A stretch of 64,000 nt of DNA from Arenicellales bacterium (GTDB lineage: Bacteria > Pseudomonadota > Gammaproteobacteria > Arenicellales > JAJDZL01): contig OZ253563.1 of assembly GCA_965262855.1 (NCBI GenBank), positions 424,914 through 488,913 of the forward strand. The letters are read 5' to 3'. Under the pieces are notes generated by a model. That model had not been told where the DNA came from and ran no database searches. It saw nothing but the letters and a program-made list of their open reading frames with translations. Position numbers and translations under genes: made by a program. Shown piece by piece: positions 20,941 through 30,924 of this stretch; within the stretch, counting starts at the first letter, position 1, and each line of letters opens with the position of its first letter.

Positions 20941-22559
20941 CGTGGTGTCCGTGGGTTCCAGAATCCTAGTGCTTTGAGGTTGTCAGCGATAGCCGTGTCC
21001 AACCGTGCGGCTTCGGTCTGTTGCTCGCGTAGTTGCGCAACGAGCCGTCTCATCTTATCTTCAAAAGGTTCGTCATCTTCTTCCTGAGGTGCAGTACCAA
21101 CGTAGCGGCCCGGGGTTAAAACGTAGTCGTGTTTGCGCACCTCATCTATAGCAGCGCTTTTACAAAATCCAGGCACGTCAGCGTAATCAAAGTCGCCGTT
21201 CCCACTTCGCCATGCGTGATAGGTATTAGTAATTTGTTGGATGTTCTCATTAGTTAATTCGCGATGAGTACGATCCACCATACGACCGAGACTTCGTGCA
21301 TCAATGAACAAAATTTCGTTTACACGATCGCGAAATTTTTCCCCTTGCCGATTTCGAGCAAGAAACCAAAGGCAGACAGGAATCTGAGTGGAGTAAAACA
21401 ACTGACCTGGCATTGCTACCATGCAATCGATAATATTCTCTTCAACTAAATTCTTACGAATTTCCTTTTCGTTGGATTGGCTTGTCGACATTGACCCGTT
21501 AGCAAGAACAAATCCAGCTGTGCCACCTGTTTTCAGATGGTAAACAATATGCTGAATCCACCCATAATTGGCGTTGCCCTTAGGTGGCACGCCATATTTC
21601 CAGCGTTTGTCTTCGACTAATCGTTCGCCGCCCCAATCAGAAATATTGAACGGCGGATTGGCAAGAATAAAATCTGCTTTGAGATCGGGATGCTGATCAT
21701 CATGAAATGTATCTCCATGTTTGATATCGCCTTCAATTCCACGAATCGCAAGATTCATCTTCGCAAGACGCCATGTAGTGTAATTTAATTCTTGGCCGAA
21801 TATGCTCAGATCCGCCGCCACTACCTTTCCGCCGTTTCCGTTTCCAGTAGTATGCGCGCGGATGAATTCGAGCGACTGAACAAACATGCCGGATGAACCG
21901 CAGCATGGGTCGTAAACCCGACCGCGCCACGGTTCCAGCATTTCAACCAATAGTTTCACGATACTATTCGGGGTATAGAATTCACCGCCTTTCTTGCCTT
22001 CCGCACTCGCGAATTGAGCAAGAAAATACTCATAAACTCTACCGAGTACATCTCTGGCACGAGCATCTGCATCTCCAACTTTGATGTTGCTGACAAGATT
22101 TACGATTCGACCGAGACGTTGCTGATCTAGTACTGGTCGGGCAAAGTCCTTAGGCAATACATCTTTGAGTGCAAGGTTATCGCGTTCAATACTTACCATC
22201 GCATCGTCCACGATTTGGCCAATTGTTGGCTGAGGCGCCGAAGCTTTGATATACGTCCACCGAGCTTCCGTTGGTACCCAAAAGATGTTTTGCGCAAGAT
22301 ATTCATCAGGGTCTTCAGGGTCCGCACCGTCAGCAAGTTCGGTCTCAAGTTGGGCCTGCTTCTCTTCGAAAGCATCGGAGATGTATTTAAGAAAAATCAA
22401 GCCAAGAACTACATGTTTGTACTCAGCGGCATCCATGGACCCGCGGAGCGCATCAGCCATCTGCCAAAGTTCTGCTTCGTAACCCGTTGTTGCACTATTT
22501 TTGTTTGGCTGTTTTCCAGAGTTTGTTTTTGATTCTTTTGAATTTTCTCGTTGGGGCAT
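20937..22559 (-). CDS. hsdM: Type I DNA methyltransferase subunit M
   Basis: [32 protein letters not shown]. Confidence 0.97.
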   Translation of the reverse strand: MPQRENSKESKTNSGKQPNKNSATTGYEAELWQMADALRGSMDAAEYKHVVLGLIFLKYISDAFEEKQAQLETELADGADPEDPDEYLAQNIFWVPTEARWTYIKASAPQPTIGQIVDDAMVSIERDNLALKDVLPKDFARPVLDQQRLGRIVNLVSNIKVGDADARARDVLGRVYEYFLAQFASAEGKKGGEFYTPNSIVKLLVEMLEPWRGRVYDPCCGSSGMFVQSLEFIRAHTTGNGNGGKVVAADLSIFGQELNYTTWRLAKMNLAIRGIEGDIKHGDTFHDDQHPDLKADFILANPPFNISDWGGERLVEDKRWKYGVPPKGNANYGWIQHIVYHLKTGGTAGFVLANGSMSTSQSNEKEIRKNLVEENIIDCMVAMPGQLFYSTQIPVCLWFLARNRQGEKFRDRVNEILFIDARSLGRMVDRTHRELTNENIQQITNTYHAWRSGNGDFDYADVPGFCKSAAIDEVRKHDYVLTPGRYVGTAPQEEDDEPFEDKMRRLVAQLREQQTEAARLDTAIADNLKALGFWNPRTPR

Positions 22560-22894
22560 TCAACTAACTCATCAGTTTTCGTGTATTTGATTCCTTGAAC
22601 AGGTAGTGATTCGAGGCATTATAAACATTGGCAATTCAGGCCCGATATTTCGGGTTTTATGTCTGGAATCCAATTGATGACTATCTCATGAGAACAAGAG
22701 TAAGTTTACAAGCTTCGACAAACAACATTTTGATTGCATTTCTCGTATGCACGCGCTGATTTTTTGTTGATTGTTTTATGCGAATCTTCATAATTCCCGT
22801 ACAGTGAGCCTAATTCACACTTGATACAAAGTCATACCTTGTCGGGTTTCGATATAATTGACCGCCATGTTTTCTAATCCAGCCGAAATTTAAA

Positions 22895-24247
22895 ATGACT
22901 GAAGTGCGATGGGCTACGCAGCCTTATGACGGATACGCCATTCGTCAGCCTTTGCTGCCAGACGAAATCTTCCAACATGTCGGGCCAACGACTCCAGCAG
23001 GAGAGTATTTACGGAGATTCTGGCATCCAGTTGCGATGTCTTCTCAGCTGGATAGCGGGTATCCAGTTGCCATCAAGATTCTTGGCGAGGATCTGGTAAT
23101 TTTTCGAGATTTGAGCCAGCGAGTTGGTGTGCTTCATAAACACTGTGCGCACAGACGTGCTTCATTGGAATTCGGTCGCATCGAAAATCAGGGAATTCGA
23201 TGCTGTTATCACGGCTGGCATTTCGATATCGACGGTACGATTTTGGAAACTCCCGGGGAGCCGCCTGACAGCAACATTCGTAATCGAATCTGTCAGGGCG
23301 CTTACCCTACAAAAGAATTCAAGGGTTTGATTTTCGCTTATATGGGCCCTCCTGATCAAAAACCGGGCTTTCCCTTTCTTGATGCAATGCAGATAGAGGG
23401 TCATGATCTGGTTCCATATTCCATCCATTCCCCAAACAACTGGTTACAGGAATCTGAAAACGCAATTGACCCTTTTCACAGTGTCTTCTTGCATGGACGC
23501 ATCAGTGGTCCGCAGTTTCCAGGACTTGAACATTTCGTCGACTTGCCTGTGGTTTCCTACCGCAAACGAGAAGGAGGAATAATTTATGCTCATGCTCGCC
23601 GCAGCGGTGATTTGCTTCGATTTCGATTTCACGACTATTTGCTGCCGAACATGGCGCAAAATGGTGGTATGTTTCAAGTTATGGATAAACCCAAAGCTTT
23701 CGGACGTACAAGTTTGACAAAATGGGTGACTCCGCTCGATGACACCAACAGTCGCAAGTTTGGCTGGCGCCATTTTAATGACAATGACGAAGTGCTTCGG
23801 CAGGGTAGTCGCGACGAAGTTGGATGGGAAAATGTTGATTTCTACGGCCAGACAGCCCACCGCAGCTATGAAGAACGGCAGAGCAATCCGGGCGACTGGG
23901 AAGCATGGACCGGCCAAGGTGCAATGAATATTCACAAACGGGAGTATCTTGGCACTACTGATGAAGGGGTAGGCATGCTTCGGTCCTGGCTAAAACGCGA
24001 TATCCAAGCTCTGGGAAAAGGCAAATCCATATCTGTGATAGAAGGCACGCCAGAAAATCCAATTGTTACATATGGCGGCGATACCGTGCTGTCAATTCCC
24101 AAGGCTTCAAAAAATGATGCTGCAATGGTCAAATCCGTCATTCAGACCGTAATTGATATTTATCTGCAGGCGGGAGAGCGTAGCGATGGAGACAGAGCGT
24201 CGTTCATCCAGCATGAACTGGCATCGAAATTTCCCGGTTCGATTTGA
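22895..24247 (+). CDS. Rieske non-heme iron oxygenase alpha subunit (phthalate dioxygenase-like)
   Basis: CAHR...CCYHGW Rieske motif; ENAIDPFHSVFLH mononuclear iron motif. Confidence 0.92.
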   Translation: MTEVRWATQPYDGYAIRQPLLPDEIFQHVGPTTPAGEYLRRFWHPVAMSSQLDSGYPVAIKILGEDLVIFRDLSQRVGVLHKHCAHRRASLEFGRIENQGIRCCYHGWHFDIDGTILETPGEPPDSNIRNRICQGAYPTKEFKGLIFAYMGPPDQKPGFPFLDAMQIEGHDLVPYSIHSPNNWLQESENAIDPFHSVFLHGRISGPQFPGLEHFVDLPVVSYRKREGGIIYAHARRSGDLLRFRFHDYLLPNMAQNGGMFQVMDKPKAFGRTSLTKWVTPLDDTNSRKFGWRHFNDNDEVLRQGSRDEVGWENVDFYGQTAHRSYEERQSNPGDWEAWTGQGAMNIHKREYLGTTDEGVGMLRSWLKRDIQALGKGKSISVIEGTPENPIVTYGGDTVLSIPKASKNDAAMVKSVIQTVIDIYLQAGERSDGDRASFIQHELASKFPGSI

Positions 24248-24327
24248 AGTCGGATGCTACAGGATACTTGCACAAACCTGTTATTCCATCAGTAAGCTGC
24301 ATAAACGCTGTGTGAATGTGACCGTAC

Positions 24328-25416
24328 ATGGCAATTCCTGACCCGCGACCGGGGCTCATCAACATTAAGCCACACATGGTATCGATGAATGTCGATACCC
24401 GGCCCACCATTAAAATCAACATCTCATCCAATGAGAGTGCGCTCGGACCAGGCGCTGCAGTTCGCACAGCCGCACTCGCGGCAGCGAGTTGTATGGAAAG
24501 GTATGCCGAAAGCGCTGATTCAACCCTGTCTACAGCAATTGCAGCTAAATATGGCTTGGACCCTGCCGGTGTTGTGTGCGGGAGTGGTTCAGATGATTTG
24601 CTGGCTCGCTTGGCACGGGCCTATCTTCGGGCGAACGACGAGTTGATTTGCAGTGTGAATGGGTATCAGAAAATTCCGAATTATGCTTATGCAAACGATG
24701 CTCTTCCGGTACGGGCGGATGACAATGAGTTTACCGCGAACGTCGATGAGCTTCTAAGCTGTGTAACAAATCAAACGAGAATGGTGATGATTGCCAATCC
24801 GGATAATCCGACTGGAACCTGGTTGACCAAGGCAGAAGTAAAACGACTTCACAGTCAATTGCCGGAAAATGTCCTACTCGTTCTGGATTCTGCATACTAC
24901 GAGTATGTGGATAACCATGATTTCGAGGAGCCGGCGACCTTGGTCGAGCAACACCAAAATGTCGTAATGACTCGGACGTTTTCTAAAATTTATGGACTCG
25001 CAGGACTTCGTTTAGGCTGGTTGTACGCCCCTCCGGAAATTGCTGCAGTCGTTCGCAAAATCGGCACAACCTTTCCGATTTCAAATATCGCCTGTGATTG
25101 TGGATTAGCCGCACTGACGGATGAGTCGTACAAGCAGTATGTGCGTGACTACAACACCAGAGTCAGAACTGAATTTGCAGAGGCGTTGCACCAACTCGGA
25201 ATCAAAGTCTACCCGAGTCAAACCAATTTTGTTCTAGCAAATTTCGAAAGCCATGTGCTGTCAGCCGTGGAGATTTACGAGGCTCTTGTGAATCGCGGAA
25301 TTCTGGCTCGGAGGCTGGCTTCAGCAGCATTTGCAGACTGTATTCGCTTCACGATTGGCTTGGAAGAGGAAATGCAGGAAGTTGCTAATACTTTGCGTCA
25401 ATTATTAAGCCGATGA
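24328..25416 (+). CDS. Histidinol-phosphate aminotransferase-family PLP enzyme
   Basis: SSNE, GSGSDD, NPDNPTG, DSAY, RTFSKIYGLAGLRLG. Confidence 0.9.
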   Translation: MAIPDPRPGLINIKPHMVSMNVDTRPTIKINISSNESALGPGAAVRTAALAAASCMERYAESADSTLSTAIAAKYGLDPAGVVCGSGSDDLLARLARAYLRANDELICSVNGYQKIPNYAYANDALPVRADDNEFTANVDELLSCVTNQTRMVMIANPDNPTGTWLTKAEVKRLHSQLPENVLLVLDSAYYEYVDNHDFEEPATLVEQHQNVVMTRTFSKIYGLAGLRLGWLYAPPEIAAVVRKIGTTFPISNIACDCGLAALTDESYKQYVRDYNTRVRTEFAEALHQLGIKVYPSQTNFVLANFESHVLSAVEIYEALVNRGILARRLASAAFADCIRFTIGLEEEMQEVANTLRQLLSR

Positions 25417-25934
25417 ATAATCGTGCTAATGTGCCGCCAATAATGGGCGCGTCGATTATCCAGGCTTTCAAAGACGCTGATATAAGAACAGTTGTGGCGT
25501 TGCCGGACATCGTAACTTGCGAAACCGTACTTTGGCCTATTTCTTCTGACAGCAGTTTTAAGTTCGTGCCGGTATGCAAGGAGGATGAAGGCGTGTCAAT
25601 CTGCGCCGGCCTCTCGTACTGCGAACATCGCGCTGTCTTGCTGATGCAGCACACCGGTTTCCTGGACTCAATCAATGCAATTCGGGCAATCGCGGTGGAA
25701 TATCAGTTACCGATTGTCATGGTGGTCGGACTACAGGGCATGGAAGCAGGAATCTCAATGCTCGAATCCTCTAGTGTCGGTATTCGCATGCTGCAGCCGA
25801 CATGTGACGCAATGGGACTCAAGCACATAGAAATGGCAATTGAGGATGATGCGGCTTCAATTTCTGAATTGATTGGCTCAGCATACAGAACCTCGTATCC
25901 TGTAGTGATATTCCTGCCTGTTTCTCCAGTGTAA
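25413..25934 (+). CDS. ThDP-dependent decarboxylase alpha (PYR) subunit, sulfopyruvate/phosphonopyruvate decarboxylase-like
   Basis: VCKEDEGVSICAG, LLMQHTGF, INAI..YQLP. Confidence 0.8.
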   Translation: MNNRANVPPIMGASIIQAFKDADIRTVVALPDIVTCETVLWPISSDSSFKFVPVCKEDEGVSICAGLSYCEHRAVLLMQHTGFLDSINAIRAIAVEYQLPIVMVVGLQGMEAGISMLESSSVGIRMLQPTCDAMGLKHIEMAIEDDAASISELIGSAYRTSYPVVIFLPVSPV

Positions 25935-25941
25935 ATCGACG

Positions 25942-26529
25942 ATGATGAAACGCGACGCAGCATTACAGGTTCTTGCTGAACACTATCCGGATGGAATTGT
26001 GGTAGCGGTATATCAAACTGCATTTGATTGGATGAAAATACGCCCGCATTCGTTGAATTACCTATGCACTGGAGCTATGGGGCAGGCTTCATCGCATGGA
26101 TTGGGTCTTGCCTTAGGTACTCCGAGCGAAAAGGTGGTTGTTCTTGATGGCGACGGCAGTCTTCTCATGAATCTTGGAAGTTTGGTAACTGTTGCAAACA
26201 TGGCACCCTCGAATTTTGTACATTTCGTCAGCCAGAACAATACCTACGAAGTGAACGGCAACTTTCCGATTCCGGGTGCAAGCAAAGTAAAGTTCGATGG
26301 ATTAGCACTTGAAGCAGGATACAGGCATGCTTTTTCTTATGATGACTGCACGCAATTCAAAGCGGACATCGACGAAATTTTAAATATGCAGGGTCCCGTG
26401 ATGGTGTGCCTGCATGTGGAACCTGGAGAATTTTATCCGACTGACTATACAACGATTCATAGTGCTGAATCTCGATCAACTTTTCGCAATGCCCTGAAAG
26501 ACCGGCTGAACCTTGGTACACCGCAGTGA
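25942..26529 (+). CDS. ThDP-dependent decarboxylase beta (PP) subunit
   Basis: GAMGQASSHGLGLAL, DGDGSLLMNLG...NN ThDP motif. Confidence 0.85.
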   Translation: MMKRDAALQVLAEHYPDGIVVAVYQTAFDWMKIRPHSLNYLCTGAMGQASSHGLGLALGTPSEKVVVLDGDGSLLMNLGSLVTVANMAPSNFVHFVSQNNTYEVNGNFPIPGASKVKFDGLALEAGYRHAFSYDDCTQFKADIDEILNMQGPVMVCLHVEPGEFYPTDYTTIHSAESRSTFRNALKDRLNLGTPQ

Positions 26530-26545
26530 TCGTGACCACTGCGCT

Positions 26546-26590
26546 TTCCTCAGTGTTGACAATCGTTTACAACGATCGGAACTGTCTCCT
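26546..26590. repeat. 45-bp dispersed repeat, copy 1
   Basis: ttcctcagtgttgacaatcgtttacaacgatcggaactgtctcct, similar to 30639-30683. Confidence 0.8.
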
Positions 26591-26715
26591 TGGAATAGTC
26601 GAATTAGAAATCGGTGTTGCCTACACTTCAAATTTTTCAAGATTTTTCCAAAACAACTATTGATTTCTAAAGATTAAAACTGCCACTGCAGTAATTTCAA
26701 TGGGCATTGCAAATT

Positions 26716-27588
26716 TTACGTAGGTGCCCTAATTTTTCGAACCTCGGACTGCGACAGATAAATGATGGCAAACACAATCAGTACTGAACCGAAAATTGTC
26801 CATAAGCTTGGGAATTCGTGAAATGCCAACATCCCAATCACTGCAGCCCAGACGAGTCTCGTACAGTTAACTGGAATTACGACCGTTGCGTCGTACATCT
26901 GTAAGGATTTTGTCATTGCGAGTTGGCCGATAGCCCATAGCAATCCAATTAAAATCGTTTCAACCGACTGCAAGAGTGTCATGGGTGTCCATACTGGAAT
27001 TGCAAAAAATACGGATACAAAGATGGTAACAAGTAGTGACCATGTCAGTATCACGACGGGTGTTTCTGTACGAGAGAGTACTTTTGCAACGACTAGCGCC
27101 AGGCCCCAGGTCAGCGAAGACAGCAAGACTGCATAGACTCCCAGGGAGGCTTCGATATAGCCCGGGCGCAAGATCGCAATGATTCCAACAAATGTGACCA
27201 TTACGCTGACCCAGCGGTGAAAATACATGGATTCACCGAGAAAAATGACAGAGATGATAACGGCGAAGACAACACCGACAAAACTGAGGGATGTAGCTTC
27301 AACAAGCGGGGTCAGCGTCAAAGCAAAGAAATAAATTACATTTGAAATCGCAAGTAGAAAGCCGCGAAAAATGAGCAATCTTTTACGTTGTGCCTGATAT
27401 AGACGCTGTTTTCTGAATATTGAAAGAACTACGAGAAAAACCAGTCCTACAACACTGCTAACAAACGAAATTTGAAAACTGTGAATTTCCTGTCCAAGGT
27501 GTCGCACCAGCGCCTGCATGGTAGCAAGAAACAGTGTCGAAGTCGCCATTAGCAGGATAGCTCCTGTGGCTGGTGGGAATTGAATCAC
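26716..27588 (-). CDS. DMT/EamA family transporter
   Basis: About 10 hydrophobic segments; FLGE, ILRPG, FHEFP. Confidence 0.9.
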   Translation of the reverse strand: MIQFPPATGAILLMATSTLFLATMQALVRHLGQEIHSFQISFVSSVVGLVFLVVLSIFRKQRLYQAQRKRLLIFRGFLLAISNVIYFFALTLTPLVEATSLSFVGVVFAVIISVIFLGESMYFHRWVSVMVTFVGIIAILRPGYIEASLGVYAVLLSSLTWGLALVVAKVLSRTETPVVILTWSLLVTIFVSVFFAIPVWTPMTLLQSVETILIGLLWAIGQLAMTKSLQMYDATVVIPVNCTRLVWAAVIGMLAFHEFPSLWTIFGSVLIVFAIIYLSQSEVRKIRAPT

Positions 27589-27759
27589 TTCTTCAAATTA
27601 GTCACAAATTTTCATATTTGCTGTTGGAAAGAATTCCTTGTAGGCGGTTACTAATTTTGAGTAGTAAAATCGCAAATGTTCAATAGTTCGACTATTCACT
27701 TTGAACATTGTTATGTAACAGTAAAATCCGTAGAAAAGAAAAGTCTAATCATAGTTGAG

Positions 27760-28842
27760 CTATTCTGCGCTTAGAACCAAAGCGTCTGAGGCATTCCAAC
27801 AAATCTCTATTTGCGTACCGGAATCCAATGGAGTCTGATCTGGCCTCTGTTCCACCAGGAATGGTTTGTCTATTCCAACATCGACAAAAACATCCATTAG
27901 ATTGCCAGAAAAAGTATAGTGAATGACCTTACCTGGAATTCGATTGTCAAATTCATTATTCTGTCCCGGCATGCCAATAGCAAGTTTTTCTGGTCGAATG
28001 CCAATGCAGAGAGGTCCGAAAGTGGATTCATCTTCAGTAGAAATTTTGGCATGAATTTTCATGTCATTCAGTATTTTTAATTCGGCGCCCCCTTCTGACT
28101 TGCTTGATAGCGTTGCATCCAGCAGATTGATGCGGCCGATAAAATCGGCAACAAAGGAACTTCGGGGGAAGTTATAGATTTCCCTTGCTGTGCCGACCTG
28201 TTCGATCTCGCCGTTTCTCATTACAGCGATTCGGTCGGACATATTCATTGCTTCTGTTTGGTCGTGAGTAACGAAGACAGTTGTAATTTGCAGTTCCTGT
28301 TGAATTCTACGCAGTTCTACCTGCATCGCCTCTCGCAGCTTTAGATCGAGCGCACCGAGAGGTTCATCCATAAGTAGAACTCTTGGCGGATAGGCGACGG
28401 CACGCGCGACGGCGATTCGCTGAGCCTGTCCGCCGCTGAGTTCTGAGGGATAGCGCGCTTCTACACCAGGCAAGCGTACCAGTTCAAGTAATTCTGTTAC
28501 CCTGTCGTCGATGTTCTCCTTCGGAGTACGTCGCTCCCGAAGGGGGAAAGCTATATTTTCCTTAATGGTGAGATGCGGGAAAAGAGCATAGTCCTGAAAT
28601 ACCATTCCAATTTCCCGTTTCTGGGGTGGAAGATTCGTAATTTCTTCGTCTCCCAATAGGATCTGACCCTGGTCTGGATCATTGAATCCCGCGATCAGTC
28701 GAAGCGTAGTCGTTTTGCCGCAACCGGAGGGACCAAGGAGGGTGATAAATTCACCCTCCTTGATTTCCAGATTTATCGTTTTAAGAGCGCATACACTGCC
28801 AAATGTTTTGGCGACATTTCGCAGAACGACGCTTTGCGACAT
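27760..28842 (-). CDS. ABC transporter ATP-binding protein (PotA-like)
   Basis: GPSGCGKT, LSGGQAQR, LLMDEP, VTHDQ, TOBE-like tail. Confidence 0.95.
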   Translation of the reverse strand: MSQSVVLRNVAKTFGSVCALKTINLEIKEGEFITLLGPSGCGKTTTLRLIAGFNDPDQGQILLGDEEITNLPPQKREIGMVFQDYALFPHLTIKENIAFPLRERRTPKENIDDRVTELLELVRLPGVEARYPSELSGGQAQRIAVARAVAYPPRVLLMDEPLGALDLKLREAMQVELRRIQQELQITTVFVTHDQTEAMNMSDRIAVMRNGEIEQVGTAREIYNFPRSSFVADFIGRINLLDATLSSKSEGGAELKILNDMKIHAKISTEDESTFGPLCIGIRPEKLAIGMPGQNNEFDNRIPGKVIHYTFSGNLMDVFVDVGIDKPFLVEQRPDQTPLDSGTQIEICWNASDALVLSAE

Positions 28843-28876
28843 CGTTGACGTTCAGTAGATATGGGACAATTCAATG

Positions 28877-29944
28877 TTACTCGGCGACCGCCCTGGTCCA
28901 CTGATCGGTCCAGTCTGAGATGATGACTTTCGAATAATCGACTCTCAATTGATTGCCCACTTTCTCGGGATCCAACACTAGCATTTCCGCTACTATCGGG
29001 TCTTTCGCCATGTCTTCAAATATGCTCTGATTGACGGGAAGGAGGCCGGTTGAGGTTGCCATTATTAACTGGTAGTTAGCACTGATGAACTCATTGATGT
29101 ACCATTGAGCGGCTTCGACGTTCTCGCTGCTTTTCATAACGCCAAACCAGCCTTCTGAAGCGACACCTGCCAGTTCATCGTTGATGTACGGATGTACGGT
29201 TGTCACATTCTGCCCAGCTTTTGTTTTGGCTCGCAGACACCAACCTGCGTGCACCACTGACGCAACAATGTCGCCAGACTCAAACAACGCCATAGTTTCA
29301 CCACCACGAGCCCAGAATTTCAGTACGTTCATTTCTTTTACAAGATTCAAACCAGGTTCGATGTTGGTCTCATTGCCGCCTTCAGCGAACGCCATACCAG
29401 CCAAGGCTGGGAGTCCCCCCCCTGAATTGATGTCAGGAATCGAAAGTCTATTTGCAATTTTAGGATGTACGAGGTCGCGAAACGTAGAAGGCACCGGAAT
29501 TCCTTCTTCTGCAAACTTATCCTTGTGATAGCAGATGACTTCCTGAGTTTCCCACGAACCTACCACCCACTCGTTAGATCGATTCGGTGCCAGGAATTCA
29601 GTGTTGGGAATCAACTGTAAATCTAATTCATGAAGTACTTCAAGTTCGTGGTAGTCCTTGACTTGAGCGGCAAGAATTTCTACAACGTCAAAAGGCGCTT
29701 CGCCGCGAGCAGCGATAATTTTTGCGAAATTTGCTGCGGGAGACCCCGTAACGTACTCGACTTTTCCACCTTCCGCTTCGAATTTTGACGCGATGTTCAC
29801 TTCCTGGTTTTCTTTCCATAAACCACCCCAAGTACCAACGCGCAGCGTGACACCGTCAAACTTGCCCGCCAGAACTGAAGAAGAAAAGGTGATAAAGATC
29901 GTAATTGTCAGACCGATTACGATGGTTTTAAAAGTATTTAACAT
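28877..29944 (-). CDS. ABC transporter substrate-binding protein (PotD-like)
   Basis: Signal peptide, LRVGTWGG, operon context. Confidence 0.88.
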   Translation of the reverse strand: MLNTFKTIVIGLTITIFITFSSSVLAGKFDGVTLRVGTWGGLWKENQEVNIASKFEAEGGKVEYVTGSPAANFAKIIAARGEAPFDVVEILAAQVKDYHELEVLHELDLQLIPNTEFLAPNRSNEWVVGSWETQEVICYHKDKFAEEGIPVPSTFRDLVHPKIANRLSIPDINSGGGLPALAGMAFAEGGNETNIEPGLNLVKEMNVLKFWARGGETMALFESGDIVASVVHAGWCLRAKTKAGQNVTTVHPYINDELAGVASEGWFGVMKSSENVEAAQWYINEFISANYQLIMATSTGLLPVNQSIFEDMAKDPIVAEMLVLDPEKVGNQLRVDYSKVIISDWTDQWTRAVAE

Positions 29945-30535
29945 ATTCTGTCTCCTGAAGTTTTCTAATTATCTGCTAAATGATTCCGGGGCCTTCATGT
30001 AAATTTGTTCACAAATTGGAACATTCGCAATTTAACTACTTACTCGATTTAGCGGGATTACTAATATTACCAAACTTCTTTAGTAGATTGCAGATTAGCA
30101 GTTCTTATGTTGACAGTCATATGCCCCAGTCCGCAATTAGAAATCTGAGAAAAATAAAATAGCTCTGTGCAAAGAGGTTTTCGAAAACAAATGGACTTCA
30201 CCCATGGGTGAAGCCCAAAACTTATCTCTGAGATACAAGGCTTTTGCCAATTCTACCCCATACACTGACAGTCAGCAAAATAAAATCAACCTCCCGTATC
30301 GGATTGATCGTCATTGCAGAGTTTATGCAGCACTTTGGGCTAGCACCAACAGCCGATCAGTAGTTACCTGCACCGGGCAGCATCAGCGAAGGATCGCACT
30401 GTAAACGACTCCACCTATGGATGCTGGTAGACGATCCTCGCAATACAGGCCTTGAGCATGGGCTCCAGCAGCCAGTCATTTCGCCCGCCGCCACTGCGTA
30501 TGTGACAAAGTGCATCCAGCACCCGTGGTCGATAG

Positions 30536-30626
30536 CTAGGTTAATACCAATTTCAGACGTTTCAGGTCGCTGAAATCATTCAGAGTTTTCGGTTTCTCAG
30601 GCTGATTCTTGGGGGACTACATTTTG
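30536..30626 (-). mobile_element. Possible orphan IS end (IS1634/IS4-like)
   Basis: Reverse complement caaaatgtagtcccc...tattaacctag resembles the IS1634 right end caaaatgtagtgccc...tattaactcaag (53706-53780). Confidence 0.4.
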
Positions 30627-30638
30627 CGACTCTACAAA

Positions 30639-30683
30639 TTCCTCAGTTTTGACAATCGTTTACAGTGATCGAGACTGTCTCCT
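30639..30683. repeat. 45-bp dispersed repeat, copy 2
   Basis: ttcctcagttttgacaatcgtttacagtgatcgagactgtctcct; 5 mismatches to copy 1. Confidence 0.8.
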
Positions 30684-30924
30684 CAACCACGCTATAGAAT
30701 TTTGTTTCACCATGAAATTTGGATTTCAGAGTTTCAATAATGATTGCCCGAGAGGGTGTTAGGGAATTGAAGTCAGGTCAAACAGACATTGTGAATTGCC
30801 GAGTTGCCCAACGTGATAATTGGCAGCGTTGATACCCGACTGGTTAATCTTTCTAGTGAGAGAGTGCGTCTTTTACCAAGAGACACTTGAGGATTGAGTG
30901 TTTAATTCTACGACATTCGATCAA

